NCBI GenBank assembly: GCA_044892525.1
Contig: CM097885.1
Span: 2,792,001 to 2,856,000, forward strand
Reading direction: 5' to 3'
Source: Schmidtea polychroa
Taxonomy: Eukaryota
Length of the DNA: 64,000 bases
Shown here: positions 50,236 through 64,000 of the stretch, in pieces
How positions within the stretch are numbered: the stretch's first letter is position 1
How the letters are laid out: every line of letters begins with the position of its first letter
The notes under the pieces: model-generated
Seen by the model: only the letters and a program-made list of their open reading frames with translations
Told to the model about the DNA's origin: nothing
Databases searched by the model: none
Position numbers and translations under genes: made by a program

Positions 50236-51863
50236 ATTTCCAATACTTATGTTATAATGAAATCAGCAGTGAATTGATATGCAGAATTTGCAAAGTATGT
50301 CGAATAAATATTATAAGAATAGTTTCTAGGAGTGGTTTGAGCTGACGCCGAAGCCTCATAAATATTAGCTGAAGTTGTTCTGGCAGTATCGGAAGAATCC
50401 TGATTATGAACGGAATTGTGAGCAGCGATATTAGTTTGAGATAATAACATTGTCGATGACCTTTGTAGATCTGAGCTTTTATGGTATGTAGGCATTGCCT
50501 CATGTGATCTTGCCGAGAATATATCATCAACTATCACTCCAACTCTCGCTGAACTTTCTTCATTTGGTTTAATATTGCTCCATAAACTATAAATCAAATT
50601 TTATTGTTTAACGCTTGTGAAAAATGAAAACTTTTTCTTATAATCTTTTTCATGCAATAAAATTTCACTTTGGAAAATGAGAGGATCAATGCTCGTTAGT
50701 AGGTCGTCTGTGTTATCGGATTTGCTGTCACTAATTCTTAATTATTAATTTTTAATTATTAAAATAATAAAGTTTTACTCCATTTAAATTTTAAAAGTTC
50801 AGTTGCTATAAATTATAACCTTCTCTCAGATTAACTGATTAAAACAAGAATTCAATATTAAATTGAATTAAATAATTTTTAATGGCACTCTTAGAATCTT
50901 ATATTAATAAATTAAAACTGTATATTTTTAGTTTGTCTTTAAAATAAGTTTTAATTTAAATTATATTTATTAAATAGTGCTGACAAGTATTTTGGAAATG
51001 AAAGGAAATTTATGGTAGCTTGTATATATATATGATTGTGATATCCTAAATTTTATATTCAACAAGTGTATAAGATTATTTATTTTACTAAGTTTTGTAA
51101 ATATATCTCATCTATTATCAAGGCTTAGTTATACAGCAAAAATAAAAAGGCAAGTAAGGTAAGAAATCATATTAGAAATAAATTTAAATAAATCATATTG
51201 TTAATATTAATTAAAACAAATTATATATTAGTTAAAATAATATTAGTAAATAATCATTACGATAATTTATAACAATGTTGAGAACTTATTTTGCACAAAT
51301 ATTCGCATTATTAATGTAAATTATTATAATTGCACGAATATTTACATATAAGCTCTCATAAATTTTAGTCAAGCACCAAAAATCATTGCCACTTAAGTTG
51401 TATTTTAAAAGTAAATCTTCAAGAGACAATAACACCAGAGACAGACAGAAAGGTCTCATACGTATTAAAGGCGCATGAAAACATAGCATTCATTATATAC
51501 ATTGCAACAATACACAATATACTTTCAATGGAATTTTGTGAATATTGTAAAGATAAGCGATAAAGTAGCACATTGCATAGAGTAATTTTTATTTAATAAA
51601 CGTTTTATAAATACCGTCTTTTTTGACTTCTTTTTTTCATATAGAGCACCAGTGAAAGTTGGGACCTCAAATAAATATACTTATTGGTCTTATTGATCTC
51701 AGATTCTCAATTCTAATATTATGGTTTGTAACAATTGGAAAAAATCCTACACTTGTCTCGTTTACATCCCTTCTTCATGATCATTATTCATATCTCTTCA
51801 AGTTTCATTTCATAACACCGTATAATCATTTATCAGCTCTAAATGATTGTTACAAGCGACGTT

Positions 51864-52560
51864 AGTAAATAGTTATGTGTACTCCAGATCCATGTGCACT
51901 CCAGATCCAGATACACCCCTATTTTTTTAAAAATACCCCCCACTTTTTTTAATTTTCAAAATACCCCTCCACCCCTAATTTCCTTTTTTTAAATTACAAA
52001 AAATTTTGTTTAAAAAATTACATAACAAATACATATTACGTAATAAAGGCATATTATATAACATAAGACATATTATGTAACAAATATATATTACATAATA
52101 AAAACATTTTAACAAAGACACATGACTCATCATACTTTTTAAATATATTACGCTGAGGTATTTTAAAATTTAAATATATTTTAAAAACTTATTTTGACGC
52201 TAAAGTTGACAGAATAAAATTATTGCACCTACTTTGCATTATTATTATTATTATCATATATAGTCTGAGTCTATACGACAAGATATGCTGTCCCCGTAGG
52301 GGTACAACTCACAAAGGTAATGGTCACAAGGGTACTGCTCACACTCAACATGTCGTAAATTATTTTCAAATACAAGTTCAAAGTATTATTGTTATTTTCA
52401 TATATAGTCTGAGTCCATCCGACAAGATATTCTGTCCCCCTAAGGGTAATACTCACAAAGGTACTGCTAAAAATATTCAAGGCAAAACTTTAACATATTA
52501 TTACACACACAATGTATAATAATATTATTAGTGTTCTAGTGGGCATATGGTTTTGATCAT
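51864..52560 (+). mobile_element. Older Polinton-type terminus and subterminal repeats
   Basis: AGTA..ATGTGTACTCCAGATCC ATGTGCACTCCAGATCC AGATACACCCC, homologous to the 53841 terminus; ~90-bp repeat copies at 52262 and 52405. Confidence 0.55.
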
Positions 52561-52581
52561 GCAAAATGTTAGTGTTCCTAT

Positions 52582-53654
52582 TGTTAGGGATAGGCCTGGA
52601 GCCTTAATGACAAAATAAGTAGAAATTACTATAATTAGAAATACCATAAATAAAAATAATAAAGTATTACCGGAAATAAAAGATAGGTTTTGTTAATTAC
52701 TATTAATAGAATTAAGTAGCATATAGGAATATTTGATAATACTGTTACTATATATAGTAATTATAAAATTGCTATTAATATAATAAATAATTAAAATATA
52801 ATATAAATACCGGTTCAAAACCAGAACCAGGGAGAGAAAAATTGGAGACGATAATTTGAGGACGATAAAAACTGAGATAATAATATGAAAGTTAAATTGA
52901 GGACGATAGATTGGAGAGAATAATACCTGGAAAATTAGTTAATTGTCACATCGAAGAAACGTGATTAAAGAATCACCGAGACAACTGAAATTAAGGAATT
53001 TGACAACAGTCGCAAGTGTTCAAATTAAACTTAAATATCTCATCTCACAAGACGAAATTCCGGATCAAATTTTGGATTGGTTACAGTGTTGAAAATTGTC
53101 TATAAATTGCCAACGAGAATAAATAAGAGTAAGAAAATCTCTAAAGAAAAATTGTAACAGATTTGTGACAGAAGAAGGAGCCATTAAATTTAGTCAAGGT
53201 AAAAAGAGTTCATTATTTGTTTTGTGTAAGGATAAATTATTTTCCTTGTGAAGAGAATTAAATAAAGCGAACACAAAGCACAGATAGCGGCTTTCGTGTT
53301 ATCTGGTTGCCCCAAAATCAACCCTCTTACTGAACCACCATCATTCCAGTTTATTTAGCGATCGTTGTGCTACACAGGAGCCATTGATCTCTTGCAGGCT
53401 GTGATAAACAGTAGGGATTAATATTTTGTATTTTATTGCTTGTATTCTTTGCACATTAATTGTAAAACAACTTTGTAAATTATTGAATACATTTTTGTAA
53501 AAAGAGAGAGTTTGTTTTTTTTTAATTCAGTGATTTAAACTTACACACGCAATCACATTTAAATATAACATATTTATATTTATTTATTTATCTTAGTTGA
53601 ATTATTGGAGTCATTTGTGTTGAGATCTGTAGTCCCCATTTTTCGATCTTAACA
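52582..53654. mobile_element. Solo LTR (Gypsy-type)
   Basis: TGTTAGGGAT...ATCTTAACA ends; 4-bp TSD CTAT at 52578-52581 and 53655-53658. Confidence 0.8.
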
Positions 53655-55818
53655 CTATCATTATATTATATTGTCTGATGGTTCATTTTTAAACCCACTG
53701 CAAGACACTTTGAATGAGCTATAGATATATTTATTATCATTATTACTTTTAAAGATATTAATAATTGAGGACCAGCATCTTTTTCAAAGTTCATTTATTA
53801 TTATTTTTCAAAATATTATTAGTGTTCTAGCGGGCACATGAGTAGTATGATATGAGCTCCCCAGACCATGAGCTCCCCAGACCACATATACCCCCCCGGG
53901 AAAAATTTTTTTTTTAAATTTAATTTTTTGTTTTAATTAATTGGTCCAGAGGGCTCACACTTTTTTTCATCCCAAAAATTAATATTCCCACCAACGGATT
54001 TTATTGAACGATACCTCATCTTAAAGCTCAGTTCAAGACCTTTCGAATGAGCTATAGGTATCTTATATATCTTTAATAGTTTTAATGTTATTAACAATTG
54101 ATGACCACCATCTTTTCAAAGTTAAATTATTATTATTTTTCAAAATATTATTATTTTCAAGGTCAAGGTCAAGGTCATTTAATTTTTCAAGCTCAAGGTC
54201 AAGGTCATTTTTTTTTAAATTTTATTTTTTTTTAATTAATTGGTCCAGAGGGCTCACACTTTTTTTCATCCCAAAAATTAATATTCCCATCATTCTATTT
54301 CATCGATCGATAGCTTATTTTGAAGCCCAGTGCAAGATCTATCTTTTGATATATAAATATTATTATTATTATCATTATTATTGGCAAAATTATTAACGTT
54401 TTCCCGAGACCATTTTCAATGTCATTTGACTATTTTATTATTATTTTTCAAGGTCATTTATTATTTTCAAGGTCATTTACTTTTTCAAGGTCATTTAATT
54501 TTTCAAGGTCATATTTTAAAAATTAAATGTACAGAGTTCCCGCCAACAAATATTATAGCTCATTTTAAAACTCGGTCCAAGACCTTTCGATTGATCTATA
54601 GAAGGTATCATCACCATTAATATTGACAAAGTTATTAACATTTAACCAAAATCATTTTCAAGGTCATATAATTATTATTTTCAAAAATATTATTAAGTGG
54701 TCTGGCGGTGACCAGGTTTTCGTTTGCCCAAAAGTTATCGTTCCCATTATCCGAATTTATTAATTGATAGCTTATTTTGAAGCTTAGTGCAAGATCTATC
54801 TGCTAATGTATAAAAAATTATCATTATTATATATTATTATTGGCAAAATTATTAACGTTTTCCCGAGACCATTTTCAATGTCATTTGACTATTTTATTAT
54901 TATTTTTCAAGGTCATTTATTATTTTCAAGGTCATTTACTTTTTCAAGGTCATTTACTCCGAGTTTATCCGACAAGATATTCTGTCCCCCTATGGGTACT
55001 GCTCACCAGGGTACTGGTCAAAAGTGTACTACTCACACTCAACATGTCGTAATCTATTTTCAAATACAATTTCAAAGTATTATTATTATTATTTATTATT
55101 ATTATTATTGAAAAATCTAAAATATGGTTCACACACACACACAACCCATTAACAATTATTATTATCAATATTAGTGAAAAACCTAAAATATTTTTTACAC
55201 AACCCATTAAACTTTATTATTATTATGATTATTATTATATATACTCAGAGTTTATCCGAAAAAATATTCTGTCCCCCTATGGGTATTGCTCATATGGGTA
55301 ATGGTCAAAAGTGTACTACTCACATTCAACATGTCTTAAAGGGCATAATATACTTATTATTAAATTCTGACCAACTTAAATCAATGAAAGGGTATGACCA
55401 AAAGGCATTAATCAATTTGATATAAGGCAATTTTAGTATTGCATTTAGGTGCATTTTACTGCCATTCAGTACAGCAATAATTTTTCCACAACTCATATAA
55501 CATCAGCAGCAGCAGCGATGGCGGTTTTCTCGTCGGTTCCATTCGTCATAGGAGCGCTTGATTTGTTGAGGCGATTTGTCAGCGCTTATATTCGGGTGGA
55601 TTTTGATTGGATTATTTCTTTCACATTAATTATTAATTTAATTATAATAAATATAATGATAATATCGGATGGAAGGCGCGGGGGGGGGGGGGGAGAATGA
55701 CAATGATTATCACAATTATTAGCTCATATAATAAATCAATAATAATAATAAGGCAAATAATAAATCAGATCAAAAGCCAAAATAAATCAATTTTTTATTG
55801 AAATGTTTTTTAAATTTG

Positions 55819-57230
55819 TCATAATTTTTCAATTCTGCACCTGAGCAGCAATTTGTCACTTTTGGCTGCGAATTGACCGATTGAGTAATCGCAAGCATAA
55901 ATCCAAATTGGATCATTTCTGTCACCTGACGGTTTCCCCCATCCGACTGCATCAGGCCAATCTGAATATTTCCTTGACTCACTCATATAAATGCTGCCAT
56001 TTGCTGGATCGATCACATCGATTGCCACCGATTGATTGAACGGCCAATCCAATTGCTCATCATTTGCCCCACGCATCACACAGAAACAAACATCAACCCG
56101 ATTACCCCTAATCCACACCGCCAAGCACATTTTGTAACCGATTGGCCCGGAATAAAATGCCTCGCTGTAAATCAATTCATCTCTCTTTTGTTGTGAAAAT
56201 TTATCGATTTCCCATTCAAAAAATCCATAATTTATATATTTTTCGCTTCCTAATTTTGTTTCAACCTGCCGAATTTCATTGGCGCATTTCGCCATTTCAA
56301 GCTGCAACTGAATCTCAAATTCAAACATTTCAATAAATCAATAAATCACCTTTTCATTCTCCCGTTGCTCGTATTTCTCTTTCATCTCATCAATTTGCTG
56401 TTGACATTTTGATTCAATCACCTCAATTTGATGTCTGATCTGCTTTGCATCAATAACAAATCAATAACAAATCAAATCAATAATCAAACTTGATTGATTG
56501 ATCCAATACTTGTCTCCATCTCCATTCTCAATGAGCGATTCTCATTCTTCAATGCCACCATTTCCTCATTTAATTCTTCTATTTCTACTGTGTTCTCCGC
56601 CTCTTTTCTTTCAATATTGCCCAGTTTCTCCTACAATCAGAAATATCAATAAATTAATTGCAAATAAAATTTTACATTGATATTAGTAATTTCCACACGC
56701 AATTTGGCATTCTCCTCTCTCATAGCCTGCATCTCATTGCACAAATTGCTGATCTGATCAATCAGTAATTTGCTATGACCTTCAGTGTTCTCATTGAGAT
56801 GGACTCTCATTTCGTCCTTCTCTACACCATTCATTTCGCATCCAATCCTATTGAACGGGCATCTTATTGGCTGCTTGGTGCATGTCCTCATGTGGCTCTC
56901 CATCACTTCTAATTCAACTTTGAATTGACAATTTCGCATTGGGCATTTCACTATCACTTCTGAAATCCTTAAATTGGCTACATGATCTTCAGAAACATCT
57001 TTATTGAAATTTATCATTTTCTTTCCGCAATATTTTGCTGCTCCTGGACAGAATTTATTCTTTCCATCCAAATAAAGCTCAATGCAATCAGAACAAAAGC
57101 GGCAACCGCAAGGAGCATTGCAAGCCCTTATCATTAAACATTTGCAAATTCTGCATATCAATTCATTGCTGATTTCACTATCAAATTCAAATTTATTTCT
57201 CTTCATCATTTCAGATACGCTTGCAAACAT
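55819..57230 (-). CDS. TRAF-like adaptor/E3 ligase, copy 2; same 4-exon structure as copy 1
   Basis: RING CRIC..CGCRFCSDC..CP, TRAF fingers, coiled coil, MATH; introns and UTRs alignable to 27690-29470. Confidence 0.9.
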
Positions 57231-58484
57231 TTTATCTGAAATTAACAAAATAATCAAAATATTTCAACATTTTACAACATAAATCATAAATCATACTTAT
57301 TATATTAATTATTTCCGCTGACGTTTACAATTTCAATATTTATAATTTGTATTTGATGTAGATAAACAAACATTTTATAAATATTGTATTTTAGCTTTGA
57401 GCGCAATTCGGAATATTATTAATGTTAATTTTCAGCGTTTTTCTCATTTGTTTTAAATATTATAAAATAATTTAAATTGGAAAGAAATGGAAAGTTAAAT
57501 AAAATATTAAAAATAAAAAAGATATTTCAATGATCCAAAATTTAAAATATAAATTAAAATTTAATCTTAATCTTGAATTAAAAATTTTATGAAATAATTA
57601 AAATAAGTCAATTGGAAAATGAAAATTTATAATAAAATAAATAAATCAGTGTAAACATTGGTTGCTAAGGGGAAATTAGGTCCACCAAATCAGGCACGAT
57701 GACTCATCTATTTATTATTTGTGATTTCATATTGATTTGTTATAGATATTCCTCTCGGCTCGGTTTCCTAGGTACTCGGGCGCAATCAATCAGATCGAGG
57801 ATTTCCAGGAGAAATTAGGGAGAAAATGAGCGCAATTGCAGCAATCGAAATCGGAAATGGAAGAATTTAAACAAACGACCCGATCGGTGGAGCTCTATTA
57901 TTATAGGTGATTTGTATTTTAATTTATTGATTATTTTGGCGCGATTTCATTGGCTCGCACTTTGATTTTATTTGCCCGCATCCTGATGTCGATAATATTT
58001 GCATTTAATCAATTATTTTCATTGAATATTTCATCAATTATTTTTATTGATTATTTCATTAATTATCTCATTTAATCAATATTTTTATTGATTATTTTTA
58101 CCAATATATTTGATTATTTTTATCAATTTTTTTGGTTATTTTTATCAATTTTTTATTAATTATTGAGCGATTGAGGAAACCGATCGCAATTGGAAATTAT
58201 ATTCGAATGGTCAGTGAGAGAATGCGAATGTCTAATTGCAAAATAGCAGGCTAGGAAGTGTAAATAATTAGTAAAAGTTGTTAGTAATTCAAAAAATAAT
58301 AATATTCATTCAAAGCATGTGCAATAATTATGTCTTTGTTAATTAAGTCAACTTTAGCGTCAAAATAAGTTTTTAAAATATATTTAAATTTTAAAATACC
58401 GCAACGTAATATATTTTGGTCATACCCTTTCATTGATTTAAGTTGGTCAGAATTTAATAATAAGTATATTATGCCCTTTAAGAC

Positions 58485-61213
58485 ATGTTCTCAAATTCGC
58501 TCATTTTTGTTCAAAACAGTCACGGTATTCTTGAAAGATGTGACACTGGAAATAAATTAACAATGGGTGGTCTTGCATCCATACATGTTGTTGGTCTGAG
58601 CTGTCGATTTATTTTAGAAATAGGTATATTAAAAACATTTAAGGTATCATTCAGTAAAATAATATAGTATTTTTGAGTATTTTTTAGTAAATTATTAAAT
58701 AACAGTATTTTGATATATCAATAAAGACCATATACTCCGAGTTTATCCGGCAAAATATTCTGTCCCCCTATGGGTATTGCTCACAAAGGTACTACTCACA
58801 TTCAACAGGGTATATTAATCAGTTATAAATTCTTAAGTAATTTAGTGAGATGATCGTGAATATTTTAAATGTAACTTTACACTTATTTCGAGTGACTAAT
58901 TTATTGGTTAACTTTGTAGTCATTTAGAGCAAAAGGTAATTTATTCATCTAATGTTCGTTACAATAGTTAATAATATGAGAAAAACATGGTCATTTTTCA
59001 TTGATAATTTTAAATTCTTTATCATTGGAGTAAATTTGTTTGAGGCAAAAATAATTAAAGGAGTCATAATAGAAATATGGTTATCATTTAACCAATTAAG
59101 GGGCTTATTAGTTAGAAATATAGGGTTATAATTATTTGCTAATTTAATGAGATGATCATTGGGCGTAGTATATATTTGCGAGAAATTTAAGATGTTTGAG
59201 TAACCAAAACATGGATATTTTGTGCGATCCATTTATGAATATTGGTTAATTTAGTCATTAAAATAATAATATAATAAGGTAATTTAGGAAAATATCATTT
59301 ATCCACCCGATAACAATATTCCTTCAATAGATTAACTGATATTCAACCTATTTAATTTCTGGAAATCTAATTAAAATCATAAATTTCCTTCAAAGATCAC
59401 TTTTCTTTAGTTGTTTTTCAATTCTTTTAAGTTAATATTTCTCAAGCTTTGTCAACTATATCACCAAAATGAATAAAATAACTTCTTAAATAAAAATATT
59501 TTAAAGCAATAACCATTGATATCAATTAATTCTAAAGATTTCAAATATCTCATTGTCAAAACCAAGTAAATTGATCATTACCCATTAATAAAACCGTGGA
59601 TAATTAATAAAAACTGGTTCTGAAACATAAATTACTGTGGAATAACATTCATCACAACCTCTAAAACGATATAATTTCACAGGAACTATTCATAGCTGAC
59701 TATTTCCCTTGAAAATTTGATATTTTACCAATAAATATTCAAAACATTAACCGATCCCTCACCAAATATTTTTACCCCTGTAAACACCTTAAATTGTATA
59801 TATTACCATCTTAACCTTCACTAAATCCAACCGAATATAATTTCACCCACTTGAGCCCTTTAATATATCTTAAAATCCATAGAAAATTCTTCAAAATATG
59901 AATTTTATTTAATTGTTACAAACATTCTTCCATTGAAATAATTTAGTTGCTAAATTCAAAGAGCTCACTAAAAGATCAAAATTCGCTAAAATGAATATTT
60001 CCTACAAATTTTTCACCACATTCACCATCAAATACCTAACTAGAGATGAAATATATTGATTGATCATCGAATCGAATAATTATAGCCATTATAAAATGAT
60101 ATATCTTTCAAACTAAATCACAAATTTCAGTATATTTTACAATAATTTTCAAGTAGATTTCAAATATATCATCATCATGATAAAATTAACTGGTTTCAAC
60201 TTTAGATTTTCAATATTTTAAAGTTCATCAATGTGTAAATATTCTTAGAAAATATATGAAAAAATTATTAAGTCAAATTCAATATCATCATCATCATCAT
60301 CATCATCAAAATTTATCCTATCACTTGATTATTAACCTCATTAAAAATTAATTTTTAAATAAAATTTAAAAACAAGTCAATGAAATATGGCAAATTATCA
60401 AGAAATTAATTAAATTTGTCATAGAATTAACACTAAACCTTAAATTTTTAAATATTCTTTCAATTAACATGAAATTCACAAAAAATGTCAGTAAAATCTC
60501 GTTAACTCTAAAAAATTACCATGAATTTAATGCCAAATAATAACCAAATATTTGCTTAAATAAAATCATTAAAACACACCAGTACCTTTGCGAGCAGTAC
60601 CCTTACGACCAATACCCTTACAAGCAGTACCCATGGGGGGGGGGCAGAATATCTTGTCGGATAAAACTCAGAGTATATATAATAAAACGAATTAACAATA
60701 ACTCCATCAAATTGAATCAGTCAAATTATCACAAATTTTAATAAAAAATCTTATTCTAAAATGGTAAGCAGCGTAAAATCGAAAGATAATTTTAATAACA
60801 CAGAGTTAAAATTAACAATATTATTCTCAGGCGGTAAGAACCATCATTATTCTATGATTAATTAATAATGAAATTCAAAAAGGTGAAAATAAGGGTTTTT
60901 GAATTAATCATTAATGGAAAATAAATGTAAATATACCGAGAAGTGGCATAGATTGATATATATATATATATATATATTGATATATCAAAATACTGTTATT
61001 TAATAATTTACTAAAAAATACTCAAAATTACTATATTATTTTACTGAATGATACCTTAAATGTTTTTAATATACCTATTTCTAAAATAAATCGACAGCTC
61101 AGACCAACAACATGTATGGATGCAAGACCACCCATTGTTAATTTATTTCCAGTGTCACATCTTTCAAGAATACCGTGAATGTTTTGAACAAAAATGAGCG
61201 AATTTGAGAACAA
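58485..61213. repeat. Nested inverted repeat: ~58485-58720 versus ~60977-61213, with inward-facing copies of the ~90-bp Polinton repeat inside
   Basis: Near-identical 60-aa ORFs on opposite strands; ~90-bp repeat at 58737 (+) and ~60580-60672 (-). Confidence 0.85.
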
Positions 61214-62639
61214 ACGATTAGATGGCGATTAACATCTGGCCACAACCCTAACAACATGAAAATTAAGATTTTAATTATTGAATTCGTTATTTTCTGCCTG
61301 GAAATACTAACAGAATATTTTTTAATTCAAAGAATCTTCATTATAAATTTTTGAAATTAAAAAATTAAATGAAGGATATATTAGTGTACATAAAATTATA
61401 ATATTATATAAAATTATACTGTATAATAATGTTTAAATATGCTTAAATAACTAAATTGTTTAAATATTTTTAAATAACTAAATTTAAATTATTTAAAAAT
61501 AATTCTGATATAACTTTATTTCTCTCGTTTTAGTATCCATAAAGTAAGTAAATAAAGAATTTACTACAATATTTTAATTGTTTTCCTTAGTAATGAAGAA
61601 AATGAATTATATGATTATGAAGAAGATGAACCAGACAAAATGGTGAAACACTAAAAGACTTATGTTCTGGATTTAGAGATTTCTTATAAAGACATGAATT
61701 ATTGGATTATGAGGAAGATGGACCAGACAAAATGGTGAAACACTAAAAGACTTATGTTCTGGATTTCTTAAATGAATTAGCTGATTGTGGGTGTCCTTCA
61801 ACATGAATGTTTACTTAAATTATGTAAACTTTTAACGAATGTCAAGAAAAATGGGAAAAACCGATGTTTTAGCAATTAAGTAAAGTACCCGTCATACTTG
61901 AAGAATATTATTATTAATGTAAGACATGAATTAATTCTTTAAAATATATATATTATATTTAGGTATCTGTGTTTTATGGTGGCAATTGATAAGAAATTAT
62001 ATTGATAAAGTATACCACAAATAACAGTTGCCTAATAGTCAGACAGAATTTAATTTTTGACGATAAAATGTTAGATAACATATGTAAGTTAATTGCTTTT
62101 AAATCAATATAATTTTTAGCAATGATAGTTGACACCGTATCAGAAACTAAGAAATACGTCCAATTTGCAAGATGTATTCCAAATGGCCCGATGGAGATGA
62201 TAATTTTCAGATAGATTACCAGCAGAAGAGCGAGAAAAATTTGTAAATTAAATATAATAGGGTTGGGTGGGTCCTCTGTATCCCTTAATTAATATATATT
62301 TACAAGCTGATCGTCGTGGTGGGCGGTTGTAATCCAACTAGTGGGAGGCCTCTGTAAATATATATTTGTGTTAGTGAAAACATTAACTAATTTGGTTATA
62401 GTGCCAATGACGCATGTATTTTGAAATTATACGTTTCGAATGTGCTGGTAGTTGACTACCCATGCTAGGCGTAATGTTCCGTACGGAAAGCTATAATGCC
62501 CAGGTTCTTCTGACCCCACTTGGGGGAATTATCGCTCCTTATTGAAAATTTCATGTAAAGGCTAACACAGAATACTGCAAACATATAATAATTCTCTACC
62601 CCATAACTTAGTGTGTACAAATTATTTTAGGTTTTTGAC

Positions 62640-62679
<40 letters not shown>

Positions 62680-62798
62680 GTTTAATGGGGTGTGTGTGTG
62701 TGTAAATAATATTTTAGGTTTTTCACTAATATTTGCAATAATAATTGTTAATGGGTTGTGTGTGTGTGTGTAGAAAATATTTTAGGTTTTTAATATTG

Positions 62799-62848
<50 letters not shown>

Positions 62849-63206
62849 TCCCGCGCGTGTTACTTTGAAATAATACTTTGAAAGAAAATATTGAAAATTT
62901 AAAAAATAATAATAATAATATTTATGCAAAGCATGTGCAATAATTATGTCTTTGTTAAATAAGTCAACTTTAGCGTCAAAATAAGTTTTTGAAATATATT
63001 TAAATTTTAAAATACCGCAACGTAATATATTTTTGTCATACCCTTTCATTGATTTAAGTTGGTCAGAATTTAATAATAAGTATATTATGCCCTTTAAGAC
63101 ATGTTGAATGTGAGTAGTACACTTTTGACCATTACCCATATGAGCAATACCCATAGGGGGACAGAATATTTTTTCGGATAAACTCTGAGTATATATAATA
63201 ATAATC

Positions 63207-63277
<71 letters not shown>

Positions 63278-63394
63278 GTTTAATGGGTTGTGTAAAAAAT
63301 ATTTTAGGTTTTTCACTAATATTGATAATAATAATTGTTAATGGGTTGTGTGTGTGTAAACCATATTTTAGATTTTTCAATAATAATATTAATA

Positions 63395-63462
<68 letters not shown>

Positions 63463-64000
63463 TAATAATACTTTGAAATTGTATTTGAAAATAGATTACG
63501 ACATGTTGAGTGTGAGTAGTACACTTTTGACCAGTACCCTGATGAGCAGTACCCATAGGGGGACAGAATATCTTGTCGGATAAACTCGGAGTATATAATA
63601 ATAATAATTATAATTATTATAATAATAATAATAATAAATGACCTTGAAAAAAATAAATGACCTTGAAAAAAAAAAGATCACTTAATTAAAACAAAATATT
63701 TAATTAAAAAATAACCTTGACCTTGAAAAAAATAAATGACCTTGAAAAAAAAATAAATGACCTTGAAAAAATAAATGACCTTGAAAAAGGAAATGACCTT
63801 GAAAAAAAAGATCACTTAATTAAAACAAAAAATTAAATTAAAAAATGACCTTGACCTTGAAAAAAATAAATGACCTTGAAAAAATAAATGACCTTGAAAA
63901 AATAATATTTTGAAAAAATAAATGAACTTGAAAATGGTCTCGGGAAAACGTTAATAATTTTGCCAATAATAATATATAATAATGATAATTTTTATACATT

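Larger units (their letters stand above)
53841..64000. mobile_element. Non-autonomous Polinton-TIR element enclosing TRAF copy 2 (right end beyond the window)
   Basis: AGTAGT terminus with duplicated ATGAGCTCCCCAGACC and ACATATACCCCCCCGGGAAAAATTTT; 54805-55398 is the inverted partner of 63035-64000. Confidence 0.72.

Overview
AT-rich eukaryotic, repeat-dense window. Long (AAT)n tracts, 34-51 nt spliceosomal introns, duplicated TRAF genes and a NeSL-type LINE suggest a planarian such as Schmidtea (inference). Polinton/Maverick material dominates. (1) A ~29.7-41.4 kb virus-like core has a full minus-strand morphogenesis module (packaging ATPase, pX-like and pVI/pVII-like core proteins, integrase, minor and major capsid, adenain protease). 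It lies head-to-head with an accessory module: a TATA-binding-protein homolog, a spliced Bcl-2 homolog, a possible SSB, an acidic protein and a secreted/GPI-type coiled-coil protein. No pPolB is visible inside it. (2) Separate pPolB pieces occur at <1-1261 and 45.2-45.8 kb. (3) At least four related AGTAG-type termini are present, with subterminal arrays of TCAAGGTCA and TGACTCA. (4) Two intact 4-exon TRAF (RING-ZnF-coiled coil-MATH) genes each lie within Polinton terminal-repeat sequence; the second is inside a TIR pair that has no recognisable viral genes, like a cargo element. The rest is a NeSL-clade RT-RLE LINE, Gypsy fragments and a solo LTR, several hAT relics and a hAT MITE, a DD34E Tc1/IS630 element, and a Penelope relic with minimal hammerhead ribozyme motifs. 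All calls come from reading motifs by eye; no searches were run.
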